From contig NC_043005.1 of assembly GCF_006345805.1 (NCBI RefSeq), positions 15,996,001 through 16,060,000 of the forward strand: DNA of 64,000 nt, given 5' to 3'. Below, in pieces: positions 1 to 12,928 of this stretch (its first letter is position 1; the number at the start of each line of letters is the position of its first letter). The translations under genes were made by a program, and so were the position numbers. Source of the DNA: Octopus sinensis (taxonomy: Eukaryota). The notes under the pieces are model-generated. The model was not told where the DNA came from, ran no database searches, and saw nothing but the letters and a program-made list of their open reading frames with translations.

Positions 1-199
1 ATATTTATATGTTTATGTCCCTTGATATTCACGGTTGTTATGTTCCAAAACCACCCCGCAGTAGGTGAAAGTCCATGAAGTAGAAACAGTACTGTTTATT
101 TTTTTTTATTATTTTCATAATTTGTATATATTTATATTATCATAAATGCAAAACAACACCATGGAAGAATCGATGTAAGCTTAAATAACAGACCACGAT

Positions 200-464
200 G
201 TGGAAGCACTCCGTCGGTTACGACGATGAGGGTTCCGGTTGATCCGACCAACGGAACAGCCTGCTCGTGAAATAACAGGAAGCAAGAGTGAGAGAAAGTT
301 GTGGTGAAAGAGTACAGCAGGGATCACCACCATCCCCTGCCGGAGCCTCGTGGAGCTTTAGGTGTTTTCGCTCAATAAACACTCACAACGCCCGGTCTGG
401 GAATCGAAACCGCGATCCTACGACCGCGAGTCCGCTGCCCCAACCACTGGGCCATTGCGCCTCC
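200..464 (-). mobile_element. tRNA-derived SINE (family C), internally deleted copy
   Basis: Minus strand begins GTGGAGGCGCAATGGCCCAGTGG (A box) and contains GGTTTCGATTCC (B box). 13-bp TSD AACAGACCACGAT at 187-199 and 465-477. Homologous to 17500-17886 but lacks about 120 bp of the middle. Confidence 0.9.
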
Positions 465-599
465 AACAGACCACGATAGGTGAACGGTGACAGGCGAACT
501 GCGACATGGCAAGGGTTTACTGTATGTATGTATGTATGTATGTATGTATGTATGTATGTATGTATGTATGTATTACATACATATAAGAGGGATGACCAC

Positions 600-2055
600 T
601 GTTGTAGGGATATTACTGAGCAGAGTTATTCCTGAAAGGTTCATTTAGCACGTTAGGATATCCCCTTCTAACCGAGTCTTAAGTTTTTGCATTGGATGTA
701 TAACAAATAGCATGATATTTTCCGCTCGCTAGCTACCAGAGAAATACATTGAATAGTGACTTGAATTCTATTACAGCTTCAGTGACTAACTACACCAAGA
801 CCTTTGATTCAGCCAATCGTAATATGTTATGGGCACTTCTCGGAAAAGTCAGTTGTTCTGACAAATTAACAAATATTAGCAAGTCCTGTAATATTATGGA
901 GGCTCATACAATAATCGGTGGGGGGAGAATACTCTGGCCCATTGTCCATCGGCAGTGTTGTAAAATAGGGTAATACCACAGCTCCTACTCTCTTTACTAT
1001 TTCAGAAAGTTCATTTTACTTATTTCTTTATTGCCCACAAGGGGCTAAACATAGAGGGGACAAACAAGGACAGACAAAGGGATTAAGTCGATTGCATCGA
1101 CCCCAGTGCGTAACTAGTATTTAATTTATCGACCCCGAAAGGATGAAAGGCAAAGTCGACCTCAGCGGAATTTGAACTCAGAACGTAATGGCAGACGAAA
1201 TACCGCTAAATATTTCGCTCGGCGTGCTAACGTCTCTGCCAGCTCGCCTCCCTATATCAGAATATTCCTTTTTCTATCGCTTTCAAAGACTGCTCTGAAA
1301 CTTTTTATATTCGCTATCATAAAACTTGTATGTTATTCAGTTTCAAACGGGTTAATTTTAATTTACTTACTTTTGTATTTCTGATAAGAGACTTCTGGTA
1401 CGCCGATAACTATGATAAACTAAAAACACAATGAAAACTATCCTTAAATTCTTATGGATAGAATTTCATTGGTATGTCACAGGTAAAGCATCGCAATAAA
1501 TCTTGATAAAACTGTTATTCTTCACAAGTCCCATAGTTTCTAAACTAACAGTATGTAGTAGTACAACTTTGAACGAAACATATCTTGTTTCTGATATATT
1601 GGTAGAATGCGAAACAAGGATGTAAATCTTGATGACGAAATTACAAACAGAATCCAGAAGTCAATGATATTTTTTTGTGAAATTACTATCTTTTGGAGAA
1701 TTACAATCTTCATTATGGTCTCAACGAAATATCTATTTCCAAAACATGCATCTGTTTTGTTATATGATTGTGAAACATGAACGTTACATTCAAAATATGT
1801 CAAGTAGCTGGAGGTTTATCAGCCTAAAAATGCCTTCAACAAATTTTGTATACGTCTTGCAGAAACTACATGGGAGATGTTGAGGTTTTGGCATTAACAG
1901 ATGTAAGAATAGAAATAAGATCTTTTTATCGACGTTGCAGATTCAGATGGACAGGACATATTTTTCGTAAGAATGATGAAAGAATTGCAAAGCGTTTTCT
2001 CAATGGGAAACAATATTCTAGTGAAAGAACCTTTCACAAACTGACTTCCCTATGA
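600..2055 (+). pseudogene. Degenerate RTE-clade LINE reverse transcriptase fossil, interrupted by a SINE
   Basis: Fragments such as YTKTFDSANRNMLWALLGK (like DLTKAFDSVNR..LW) and RWTGHIFRKNDERIAKRFLNG (RTE C-terminal RWLGHV.RM motif). Many stops and frameshifts. Confidence 0.65.
1023..1251 (-). mobile_element. tRNA-derived SINE (family B)
   Basis: Minus strand has GGCGAGCTGGCAGA head, GAGTTCAAATTCC B box, and tail TAGCCCCTTGTGGGCAATAAAGAAA. Many copies in the window. Confidence 0.9.
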
Positions 2056-2233
2056 TAACACAGGTTTGTGTGTCACATAGCTAGCTAAAGGCGATGGCCT
2101 CTTGGAGCTAATCAACGGCAGCATTCGCCCTGTTTTCCTGGACTGCTATGTTAGCTTGGCAATAACTATTAATAAAATGATAACATTCATGAGAAAAGTT
2201 GGGAAATGATTGCAACTGATAAGGCTTTATGAG

Positions 2234-2288
<55 letters not shown>

Positions 2289-2297
2289 AATCCCAAA

Positions 2298-3476
2298 AAT
2301 GAAGCAAGAACGCAACAGACGACAATAAAACATACGGACAGATAGACGATATAAAGACGGACTGGAAAAAACAAGGACGGTTCATTCGTGGCCTTCTCTC
2401 CTCAGTCAAGTTTTCAGATTATCCTTACAGTTTTGGCCTGTTACACTTGAGATTGTATAAATCTGGCTGGCCCCCAAAATCTAAGCTAAGAACATTAAAT
2501 GTTATGGGAGAAAGCAAGCGAAAGTGTATGACAACAAAGAAAAAAAATGAAAAACAAAAAACCGAGAAAATGTTACACAATTACAAATACAAGAAACAAG
2601 AAAATAACAACAGGTGTCTTTCGACTACAAGAGACGAATCAGGTTGAGCCGACGTGTGTAGAGCGACAGCCTTGTGGCAGGAACTTTGGAGATAAGCATA
2701 AGAGATGAAAGTAATGAGACAGGAATATGAGATGCTTCGCGGCCGGCAGTCGAGCCAAGAAAGAAAGATCATGCTTGGCCGATCATTGGTCACGAGGAAG
2801 AGAAGGAGAGAGGTAGGGGCAGATGGATTGAAGAATTAGGGGGAGAATGAGAAAGAGAGGAAATCAAAGGGACATAGAGAAGGTACAATGGAGATAACGA
2901 GGAAAAGTAGGTAGATTAAAGAAAGAGAAGGCCAAGAAATGCGAAAAGGGGGAGCGAAAAAATGAAAAGAGAAACACGAACCCAACAAACGACAGTAAAA
3001 CGTCCGGACGGATAGACAATGCAAAGACGGACAGGAAAAAACAAGGACAGGTCATTCGTGGCCTTTGCTCCTCAGTCAAGCTTCCAGATTATCCTTACAG
3101 ATTCGGCCGGTTACACTTTAGACTATTCAAATCTGGCTGGCTCCAAAAATCTAAGCTAAGAGCATTAAATATTTTGGGAGAAAGCAAGCGAATGTGTACG
3201 ACAACAAAGACAAAAAAACAACAAAACAAAACAAAAAAAAACCCCGAAAAACATTCAAAATCAAAAAGACAGAAAATGTTACGCAATTACAAATACAAAC
3301 AATAAGAAAAAAATCGAAAGGTGTCTTTTAAATAATAGAGACGAATCAAGTTGAGCTGGCGTGTGTAGAGTGAAAGCCTCGAGGCAGGAACATAGAAGAT
3401 GAACATAAGAGATGAAAGTCATGAGACATGAGACAGGAATATAAGAGATGCTTCGCGGCCGGCAGTCGAGCCAAAC
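2298..3476. repeat. Diverged direct repeat pair (about 2298-2760 and 2961-3476)
   Basis: Shared blocks such as CTCCTCAGTCAAG, CAGATTATCCTTACAG, CAAAATCTAAGCTAAGA and GATGCTTCGCGGCCGGCAGTCGAGCCAA occur in both copies in the same order. Confidence 0.8.
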
Positions 3477-3479
3477 TCG

Positions 3480-3663
3480 TTTCAATCACTTGACTGTGGC
3501 CATGCTGGGGTACCGCCTTGAAGGGTTTTAGTCAAACAAATCCACCACAGGGCTTATTTTTAAGGCCTAGTACTAACTTTAACGGTCTCTTTTGCCGAAC
3601 AGTTAAGTTACGGGACGTAAACACACCAACACCTGCTATCAAGCGGTGGTGGGGACAGACACT

Positions 3664-3700
<37 letters not shown>
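3480..3700 (-). mobile_element. SINE family A, 3' part
   Basis: Reverse complement of the family A tail (GGCCATGCTGG, CTTTTGCCGAAC, GGGACGTAAACAC), ending in a (CA)n tract. Confidence 0.75.
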
Positions 3701-3799
3701 TGTACATCAAGCATTGAGTGTATATATTTTGAAAAGATACGTATTAAACCAGCGAAATTGCTATGAGTTGCAAGGAAAGAAAGAAAACTCTAGAAATTA

Positions 3800-4005
3800 A
3801 TATTGTTGTAATTAGGGACGGTCATGTTGCCAGTTTAGCCAATAAAAACACACGCACTATATATTTAGTGTTAATTTGCTTCAGCTTTATTTGTTTTTTA
3901 CATGTAAAATATAAATAAAGCTGAAGCAATTTAACATCAAATATACAGTGCGTGTGTTTTTATTGGCTAAACTGGCAACATGACCGTCCCTAACTGCAAC
4001 AATAT
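3800..4005. repeat. 206-bp near-perfect palindrome (foldback element)
   Basis: ATATTGTTG..AGGGACGGTCATGTTGCCAGTTTAGCCAATAAAAACACACGCAC is mirrored by GTGCGTGTGTTTTTATTGGCTAAACTGGCAACATGACCGTCCCT..CAACAATAT. Centre TTTTACA|TGTAAAA at 3902/3903. Confidence 0.9.
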
Positions 4006-4208
4006 CTGTTTCAACACACGATTTCACATCAAGAATCTTGCAAAACAAATATATATAGAAATTAATATTCCTTTCAAATGTTCAGTTCACTGAAAGGTAC
4101 GTGAACTGAAGCAAGTTGGACGAGATTATTGTCACATGATGTCTGTTAATCACGTAATAAACTTCGTTTTTCTTTCTATTAAAAACCTGAAGTGATTTAT
4201 GTTTCTAC

Positions 4209-7200
4209 CAGGGTCGTGCACTCTCAGCAATGCAAGGTATGCGCTGCATGCCTTCCTTGTTTCAAAGAAAATACGTCCAGTTGTTTTAGAAATATTGTCT
4301 CCACTTCGTACATCTGCTTTGATAAATGCTTTTAGAAGATCGCATGATACACACTCCCTCTCTGTCTGTATTAGTTTGTCCTTCCTTCCTCTCTCTCTCT
4401 CTCTCTCTCTCTATCTTAGTGACTCGATAAATTTATCGCTTGTCATGCGTTGGGAAGACAGCATGAGTCCCTTCTCTCTGTCTTTGATAGTTTGTCCCTT
4501 CTCCCTCTTTCTTTGTTTAAAAGATATACTACGAGGAATGGTCACCCCCTTCTCTCTCAGCGATTCGACAAATTCAGTTTGGCGTGTCATGCTGTGCTTA
4601 GATCGCATATCACGCCTCTGGCTATTTTGACCGGAACACGAGCCGTCCCATAATTCTTGTTTTAGCCAGCTGAAATGTTGGAATAGCCTTCGCATGTAAG
4701 TTTGAAATTTTTTATCCAAAACATCCGTTTGCACTATCATATTTTTAGAAAGTTTTGAAAGCAAAAATATCTACATTATATTTCTTATTTCAGAAATAGC
4801 TAATTAATCTTAAATTAATTTAACAAAGGGTATTTTTCCGTTTTGTTGAAATTGACTTAAAATTTACGCCGGCGCTTCCACGTGGGTCCTTAAATAAGAG
4901 CAGCCTTTTTAAAAATGAGTGAAATGTGTGCTATAAACGATATTTTGAGAACTAGTTTTTCTAAAAGGGACTTCGATGGGAAAAAATTAATTATAAATCG
5001 CGGGAGACCAACACCGAATTTACCTAATTTGCGAAGCTACAACAAGAAATTCACGAGACAATTTCAGGTTAATTCGTATGAAAAGAAGAAATGGTTAACT
5101 GGAAGTGTTGCTCTTAATAAATTATTCTGTTGGCCGTGTTTACTTTTTGGCTTAGAAAAAAATGTTTGGAATGATAAAGGCTATGATGATTTAAATAATT
5201 TACATATGGCTATGCTAAAGCACGAGCGTTCTCAAAGGCATATAAAATGTTTGATAGACCTTAAAATATTCGGGAATGTTCGCATAGACTTACAATTAGA
5301 TGCACGTTAAAATCAAAGCATACAACAGCATAATGAGAAAGTTCGACGAAACAGATCCATTCTGCAACGATTGATCGATGTTGTTATTTTTTTAGGCCTC
5401 CAGGAATTATCGTTTCGGGGTCATTTTGAATCTGAAGGCTCTAATAATCGGGGAAATTATAAAGAACTCGTTTATTTGATCAGTAAGTATGACAAACAAA
5501 TGGAAAGTCATTTAGATACAGCTTCTATCTTCACTGGTCTGTCGAACAGAATTCAAAATGACTTGATCGAAGCAATTCATAAAGTTATGTTGAATGAGAT
5601 GCAGAAGGAAATTGACCAAGCTAAGTTTGTTTCTATTCTTGTTGATGAGACATCTGATGTCTCAGCATCTTCACAACTGTCAACAGTTTTACGTTATGTT
5701 ACAGAAGACTGTGTGACGAAAGAACGATTTATCGGTTTTAGTGATGTTAGTGCAGATCGATCTGCAAATGCTTTATCTGAACATGTTTTTAAATGCATTG
5801 AGACGTGGGAATGTGGAAACAAATTGATTGCGCAGACATATGATGGTGCCGCTACAATGGCAGGACAACTAAATGGGTTACAGGCAAAAGTAAGAAAGAA
5901 ATATGAATGTGCGATCTTTATTCATTGTTGTGCCCATATCCTAAATTTAGTTCTTTCACAATCATGCTCTGCTATGAAAGAATGCAAGATATTTTTTTCT
6001 ACAATAAATGGACTCGGTACATTTTTTACGAAATCACCGAAAAGGACTAATGCATTAGATAATATTGTTAAAAAAAGATTTCCGAAAGCAACAGCAACTA
6101 GATGGAATTACTCCTCACGTCTTATTATTACCACAAAGGAAAATTATAATTTCATAATCAGCCTTTTTGAACACATCATTGAAAATCCTGAAGCATGGGA
6201 TGAGACCACCATAAATTCAGCAATTGGATTCTTACACATTTTAAAAGCTCCTGATTTCTTATTTTTGTTAGAGGTATTCAGTGACATTTTTTCTTTTACT
6301 GACGTCTTATTTAACATACTCCAGAGTAAAAGTCATGACATAGTGTATTGTAAACAGCAAATAGATAAAACTAGAACTGTACTCGAAAACAAACTTGATA
6401 ATTTTTCAGTCTTTTATGATAGGTAAGGGGAAAAATATGGAGTCGATGCAGGAATCGGAATTCAGAGATCCAAGAATATATCTATTGATCCCCAACGACA
6501 TTATAGAACGCTTTATAACAAAATTATAAGTACAATAGTTGACCAAATAAAAGCACGATATTCATCCTTAGAAGAGTTTAAATTCATGGAACTTTTGAAT
6601 TTCAACAAAGTTGATGAGTATTGCAAACAATTTCCTGTGGACTCTTTAGATTCTTTAAGAACAACTTATGGCAGATTTTTTGATGTAATATGATTACAAA
6701 GTGAGCTCAATGTGATGTATTCAATGAAAGATTTTAAAAAACCAAGTGTAAGTCATTTAATGAGTTACATTAACAGCACTGATCTTGTTGAAGCTATGAC
6801 AGAACTCTTCAATCTGTGCAAGTTGATTTTGACAATTCCGTCTACCACTGCTTCTGTAGAGCGATCCTTTTCTGCATTAAGTAGAATTAAAACATACCAA
6901 AGAAATGCGACAGGAGAAAGAAGACTGTCTGGGTTAGCACTAATGTCAATTGAAAAAGATTTATTACAAGAATTGATGAAAAGAGAAGATTTCTATGAAA
7001 ATGTGATAGATATATTTGCCCAGAAAGATCGAAGAATTGAATTAATTTATAAATGAGCTAAGTAACATTTTAAAACATTAAAAAAAATATATATTAAAGA
7101 GCATATATTACAGGTTTTGCTTAGTGTTTGTTATAACGTAAGGTTCGACCTTCTTACATCAGTATTGTTTCGCAGGAGAATGTTTTGATTTCTTCGTGAA

Positions 7201-8012
7201 ACCTACCTACATAGATTTCCCTTTCTGTGCTGCTGGGTGTAGTCTATTTACGGCCGTAAATAAGTGTTTTGTTTCACTTTCAATAAGTGTCTTGTTTCAA
7301 TCTCAGAGATGTTGACTTCTGCCACAACAGTTTTGGGAGGCTTTTTACAATGTTGAATTTTCGCTGTCTTTCATTGTGTGCGTATTCATGTATATGCGTG
7401 TACTTTCAATGTTTGTGCGTGAGACGTAGTCCTTTAATGTACGGAGTTCAGTAAGTCTCAGAACAGTCAATAATTTTCCCGGAATGACAAGTAGCATGAT
7501 AAAGAACCTGACTTGTCTTCGAGAGCGTAACGATCTAAAACCATGGCCATATAATGTAACTAAATGTGTTCTTTTAATTAAATCATTTCATTCAGCTCAA
7601 CCGATAGGTATAGGGGCTAATGCAGAATCGCACCCCTTCGAAAAACGAATTTATGTGAAAATTTTTTTTCGGATTCCTACCTTTAACAGAGATTCTGAAT
7701 ATGCAAAAATATTGACAGAATCCAATTTCATCTTTATTACATTTCACTTATGATTTTTAGACTTTTCTAAGGGAGAATGAGGATGGGAAAGTACTGACGT
7801 TTCGAAGAGCAAAGAATAATACAAACAATACACTTATTTCAGGATCATCTCTGCACAACCATTTTTTATTCCCTGTTTATTCTGCATATTCAGAATCTCT
7901 TATATGTAAATCGTAGGAATACGAAAATGTTTTACTGAAAAATTGCCGGTGGGAGGGGGGGGGCAATGAAATTAATTGCATGCCCAACGCCGGAAGTCAC
8001 CGCACGCCACTG
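4209..8012 (+). mobile_element. Complete hAT DNA transposon
   Basis: 8-bp TSD GTTTCTAC at 4201-4208 and 8013-8020. Imperfect TIRs: left CAGGGTCGTGC, right end reverse complement CAGTGGCGTGC. Internal transposase frame. Confidence 0.93.
4915..7056 (+). pseudogene. hAT transposase (ZMYM1-like/DUF4371 type), about 713 codons with three in-frame stops
   Basis: TTF-type zinc finger (LFCWPCLLF...HERSQRH), DETSD, YDGA, CCAHILNL, and hAT dimerisation motif TIPSTTASVERSFSAL. ORFs 4915-5310, 5371-6426 and 6712-7056 share one frame, with stops at 5308, 6424 and 6691. Confidence 0.92.
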
Positions 8013-9329
8013 GTTTCTACACAAGTCACTTCAGTGACAAATGCTTCTCCGTTGCATATCATATTAGCGGATGATCGCTTGATAATAAGATTACTACAGA
8101 AATTCGTAACTGAGAGCAAAACACTGTCCCTTGCACTCACGGATGAAAGCTTTTGATATGGTTCAACACTTTGTAGTTTGGTGATCGCTAAGGCAGCTCT
8201 CCCTCTCTCTCTGTCTCTCTGTCTCTCTCCACACACACACACACACACATGCACACGGATAGTTGAATGGCTTGCGAGAACAGTGAAAGCTCTGAACAGA
8301 AACGCTAACAATAAAAGAAGATAAGTTCGGCGAGGAATGAAGGTACGTATCAAGTTTCGTTTCTCAACTCCCTCGGTTTATTGCAGTTCTCTCAACTCTA
8401 AAAGAGGACTGTGGGAACTCTTGTAAGCCCATGGCCTAGTTTCCATAGTTGAGTTAGAGAATTAATTCCAAACATGCAAGCATAGTTTCGTGAAGGTGAT
8501 TATCGGATGTCACCAAATGTCGTGGAGGTGGATTGGATGCTCGTGTTGCGGAGATCGCATCGTTGCTGGACATTTCTTTGTTGGGAGAAAGCTGTACGTA
8601 GAATAACTCGAGCAAATTCATGAAAGTTTTACTTCAATATTTAATGCTGGACATGATATTTGGTGCTGGCTATTTTACTGTAAAAGATTCTCATAACATA
8701 ATTGCCTACTAGAAGGAGAGAAAACCGCTGTGTCTGCAGAAAGCTACGTATGAGGTATTGTATGAATGTTCAGAATCAGTCTGTTCGAGAAACGAGTCGT
8801 CTGCACAGAAAGTCCGAAGCTGCCTGTTCGAATGCCAGAGGTCGTCTGCTTGACAAGAGGTGACGCGTGTGAATCAGCCAGCCGCCCTTAACACTTTGCG
8901 ATGAGTAGGCACGAATCTGTTTTTATGAGGTGAGTAGAGGTTCAATTTTAGAACATCCCAGTAAGCCATACCACGCCAGAGATTCATGCTGATTGGTCGA
9001 TTTATAGATCAATCACGTGCAACTGCGGTGGATCACTCGTTGTGCTTAACAGTGTATCTAGCGGTTAGGATTCGATTCCCCACTACAACAGTTTAGAATC
9101 AAGTCGCCTCAAAGTAAACCTAGTTATGACTAAAAATTTTGATTATTAACAAGATAGAAGTCGGAACTATACAGCTATCCGAGTAGTGGTCATGATCGAT
9201 ATACGGGAAAAGAGTAGGAAGGAATTTCATACAATGTCTCAAAAGCCAGATGCTGACTGACAAAGAAGAAAATCTTCGAATGTCTTTATATGCATCATAT
9301 ATCCTTTGTACTATAGACACGAAGCCTGA

Positions 9330-9490
9330 AAATTTGGGGAAGGCCCCTAGTCAGTTGGCACTTAATCTATCGAACCCGGCAGGATGAAAGGCAAGGCGAG
9401 CTCGGCGGAATTTGAACTTAGAATGTAAAGATGGGCGAAGCGTTGCTAAGCATTTTGTCTGCCATGCTAACGATTCCGCCAACTCGCTGC
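9330..9490 (-). mobile_element. SINE family B variant, diverged
   Basis: GGATGAAAGGCAAGGCGAGCTCGGCGGAATTTGAAC...GCTAACGATTCCGCC matches the family B body and head. Confidence 0.7.
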
Positions 9491-9496
9491 CAAATA

Positions 9497-10333
9497 CCGT
9501 CGCACGCCATATTGGGATGTTCATCTGCGCATGTGCAATGATTAGTGTCTTCCGGAAGGCCTGCCGGAAGTCCCTTATGTGCATACGCAGTAATCAGCAG
9601 CAGCTAGCTTTTACCGCTTCCTGCTGCTGAGAGCGGCAGACAGTCTTTAGTCCTCGACCATTGACCACAGAGCTATAGACTAGCCAGTTCCAGCGTCTCA
9701 GCCATGTTCCTGCGACGACACCAACATCATCATGCAGCAACTCATGACTTCACATTGACGCCGTCATCACCACCGTCGCCTTCATCTCAACGTCGCTTTA
9801 ACGCCGTCATCACCGCCGTCGCCTTAAGCTTATCGACATCACCAACCTGTGTACGTACACACCAACACCAACATCGTTCCAGGTTTAATTTTACGCTATT
9901 GTGAATATTCACCAAGGTTAACAGCTCAGCTCTACCTGCGAGATCTTCTGTACCAAAGCAACCTGGTATAGGATTGATGCCTCAGCCGCCACACATGTGT
10001 TCAACTGGCTCTCAACTTTGCCACCAACTTCATTGATATAGAACCACTGCTATGGTGTGACTTACACCGAACTGGTATTTATCAACATCTTGTCTGAACA
10101 TTCATTTGTATCCTGAGAGACTCATTTTCTGTTGTTCCTTATTGTTCTGTACGCACTCACGAACACACAGACACACACTTATGTCGCAGTCACGAATTTG
10201 TACTTACAACGAACACACAGACAAACACACTGCTAGCACTCATACACGCTCTTATCATTATGTACACATCTGTAAATAAAACTCTTCTCTTGAACATTAA
10301 CGGCCGTGTCGGCTCCTTAATCATTGTGGCACA
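9497..10333 (+). mobile_element. Possible solo LTR
   Basis: GC-richer block ending AATAAA...TGTGGCACA (CA terminus). The start CGTCGCAC resembles TGTCGCAC. No PBS and no convincing TSD. Confidence 0.35.
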
Positions 10334-10490
10334 CTTTTTCTTTAATTCCATATATTTGGCTTCTTCTTTGTAAATCGACCGTGCTGCGTTTAAAACAAAA
10401 AGGAGACATTTCTGTCACCGTCTCATTTACGTACGACCGTCTCTACAGGCTGTATGTAGTCTACTGACTTGAGTAATAATATATAACACT

Positions 10491-10880
10491 CTCTCTTTAC
10501 TCTTTTACTTGTTTCAGTCATTTGACTGCGGCCATGCTGGAGCACCGCCTTTAGTCGAGCAAATCGACCCCGGGACTTATTCTTTGTAAGCCCAGTACTT
10601 ATTCTATCGATCTCTTTTGCCGAACCGCTAAGTGATGGGGACGTTAACACACCAGCACCGGTTGTCAAGCAATGCTAGAGGGACAAACACAGACACACAT
10701 ACATACATATATATACATATATACGACGGGATTCTTTCAGTTTCCGTCTACCAAATCCACTCACAAGGCTTTGGTTGGCCCGAGGCTATAGCAAAAGACA
10801 CTTGCCCAAGATGCCACGCAGTGGGACTGAACCCGGAACCATGTGGTATGTTAGCAAGCTACTTACCACACAGCCACTCC
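10491..10880 (-). mobile_element. SINE family A, full length
   Basis: Minus strand: GGAGTGGCTGTGTGGTAAGTAGCTTG head, GGGTTCAGTCCC B box, internal microsatellite, tail CAGCATGGCCGCAGTCAAATGACTGAAACAAGTAAAAGAG. Confidence 0.92.
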
Positions 10881-11858
10881 TGCTAACAGGTACTAAGTTT
10901 TTCAAAATTCCTATGAGCAAAAATTCCTCATTAAACCCGATAGGATTTGAACTCGTAACGTAACAGAATGGAACTAAAAATTAGCACTGGGCATTTATCT
11001 TGACGTTCTACTGTTTTCTGCCACGCCCATGTCCTCGTTTTTAGTTAAGGTCAGTATTTTATGTATTTGAATTACAAGCCACGCCCCAAAATCATTATGA
11101 TGTTGCGCTGAATATTTATTGTTTTACCATATCACAGGAAGTTTAGTAAATCAGTGATGTAAGGAATAAAGAAATGAATTGGCGGTTCTTCAGCTGTCGC
11201 AAAAAAAAAAAAAAATGTATGGAAGACCAAACAGACTGCTAATGTTCATTAATGTTCTTTGCACCGTTGAAAGCACCTAGCACAGAGCACCAAGGAATTT
11301 ATGAATCAGCTTTAGATATCTTCATAGATGAAAAACACATTAGATAATGCGGTCCTAGATACACTGTGTCTGAAAAAGAGACAAGATGGTAAGTAAAGGC
11401 TCATAGGCGATCCAACACTAAACAAGTATTCTTCCAGACAGCTCACCTCCCAGCGTTCTACCTTCGAAGTAAATGTCCATGAATAGTATTGGCGTTATAT
11501 TTCACCTATCTGTCTGTCTGTCTGTCTGCCTGCATCTCTCCACCTCTGCTACCTTCTATTATAATCTCACTCACTCCCAGCGGGCTCTTACGAGTCTTCC
11601 TACCGGCATTTCTATAGATGTTTGAGTTTTTCAACGATACAATTTAAATGTGCGTAAATTGGTTCCGTTCCTATTGTTTCATTTCCTCCCTTAGTTTCAG
11701 CCATTGGACTGCGGCCATACTGGAGTATTACAATTAAAAGTTTTACTCGATTGTTTCAATCCCCGTCAGTTTTGGCACGTACTTTACTGAATTGTTAAGT
11801 TACCTTTTGGCATAAAGGAACTCAACTCAATTCACCATTGGATACATCTATACATAGG

Positions 11859-11903
<45 letters not shown>

Positions 11904-12006
11904 GGGAGAGAGAGAGAGAGACAAGCACACACATATGTATATATTAATATATGGTAGAAGAACGGGAGTTACGTAATCACATCCATTGTCTTACAGCACT
12001 TTCTAA

Positions 12007-12592
12007 TTTCTTTACTACCCACAAGGGGCTAAACACAGAGGGGACAAACAAGGACAGACAAAGGCATTAAGTCGATTATATCGACCCCAGTACGTAACTG
12101 GTACTTATTTAATCGACCCCGAAAGGATGAAAGGCAAAGTCGACATCGGCGGAATTTGAACTCAGAACGTAGCGGCAGACGAAATACCCATTTCTTTACT
12201 ACCCACAAGGGGCTAAACATAGAGGGGACAAACAAGGACAGACAAACGGATTAAGTCGATTATATCGACCCCAGTGCGTAACTAGTACTTATTTAATCGA
12301 CCCCGAAAGGATGAAAGGCAAAGTCGACATCGGCGGAATTTGAACTCAGAACGTAGCGGCAGACGAAATACCTATTTCTTTACTACCCACAAGGGGCTAA
12401 ACATAGAGGGGACAAACAAGGACAGACAAACGGATTAAGTCGATTATATCGACCCCAGTGCGTAACTGGTACTTATTTAGTCGACCCCGAAAGGATGAAA
12501 GGCAAAGTCGACATCGGCGGAATTTGAACTCAGAACGAAATACCGCTATGCGTTTCGCCCGGCGTGCTAACGTTTCTGCCATCTCACCGCCT
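12007..12592 (-). mobile_element. SINE family B, tandem trimer (period about 184 bp)
   Basis: TTTCTTTACTACCCACAAGGGGCTAAAC restarts at 12007, 12191 and 12375. Only one head (about 12560-12592). Confidence 0.9.
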
Positions 12593-12928
12593 TACAGCTG
12601 TTTCTACTATACGGAACTGTGCTCGCAAAAGTGAGTGATAGTGTCATGTCTTACAGCTTCGCTAGAGCACTACAACTATATAGGAGCCAAGAGGAAGAGA
12701 TATCTATGAATTAGTACTTCTTCTCCGATGGAGCTTATCAATACTGAGCATTATACATGTATTGAGTTCTATGAACCACTTATTGGTCTTAGAATTCTCC
12801 TTCGAATCCCACACGTTAGTAGACCATGTTGGACATCGCAGTTTGGCGTACATTATACTTGAATCAGGGAAGATAGTCATGACCGAAAAGTCTTTGATGA
12901 TAGATTTAGTTAATAAGGGCCGATGTGG

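Noticed and set aside
83-96. GAAACAGTACTGTT palindromic helix-III-like motif
   Set aside because: No core or helices I/II nearby.
2411-2470. Hammerhead in the direct-repeat units (also 3081-3140)
   Set aside because: The core reads CUCAAGU/CUAAAGU and helix I does not pair next to the core. Kept only as a weak family hint.
10495-10550. SINE A tail GACTGAAACAAGTA as a hammerhead 3' half
   Set aside because: There is no CUGANGA-type core upstream of the stem and no helix I pairing; it is better explained as a LINE-recognition stem-loop.
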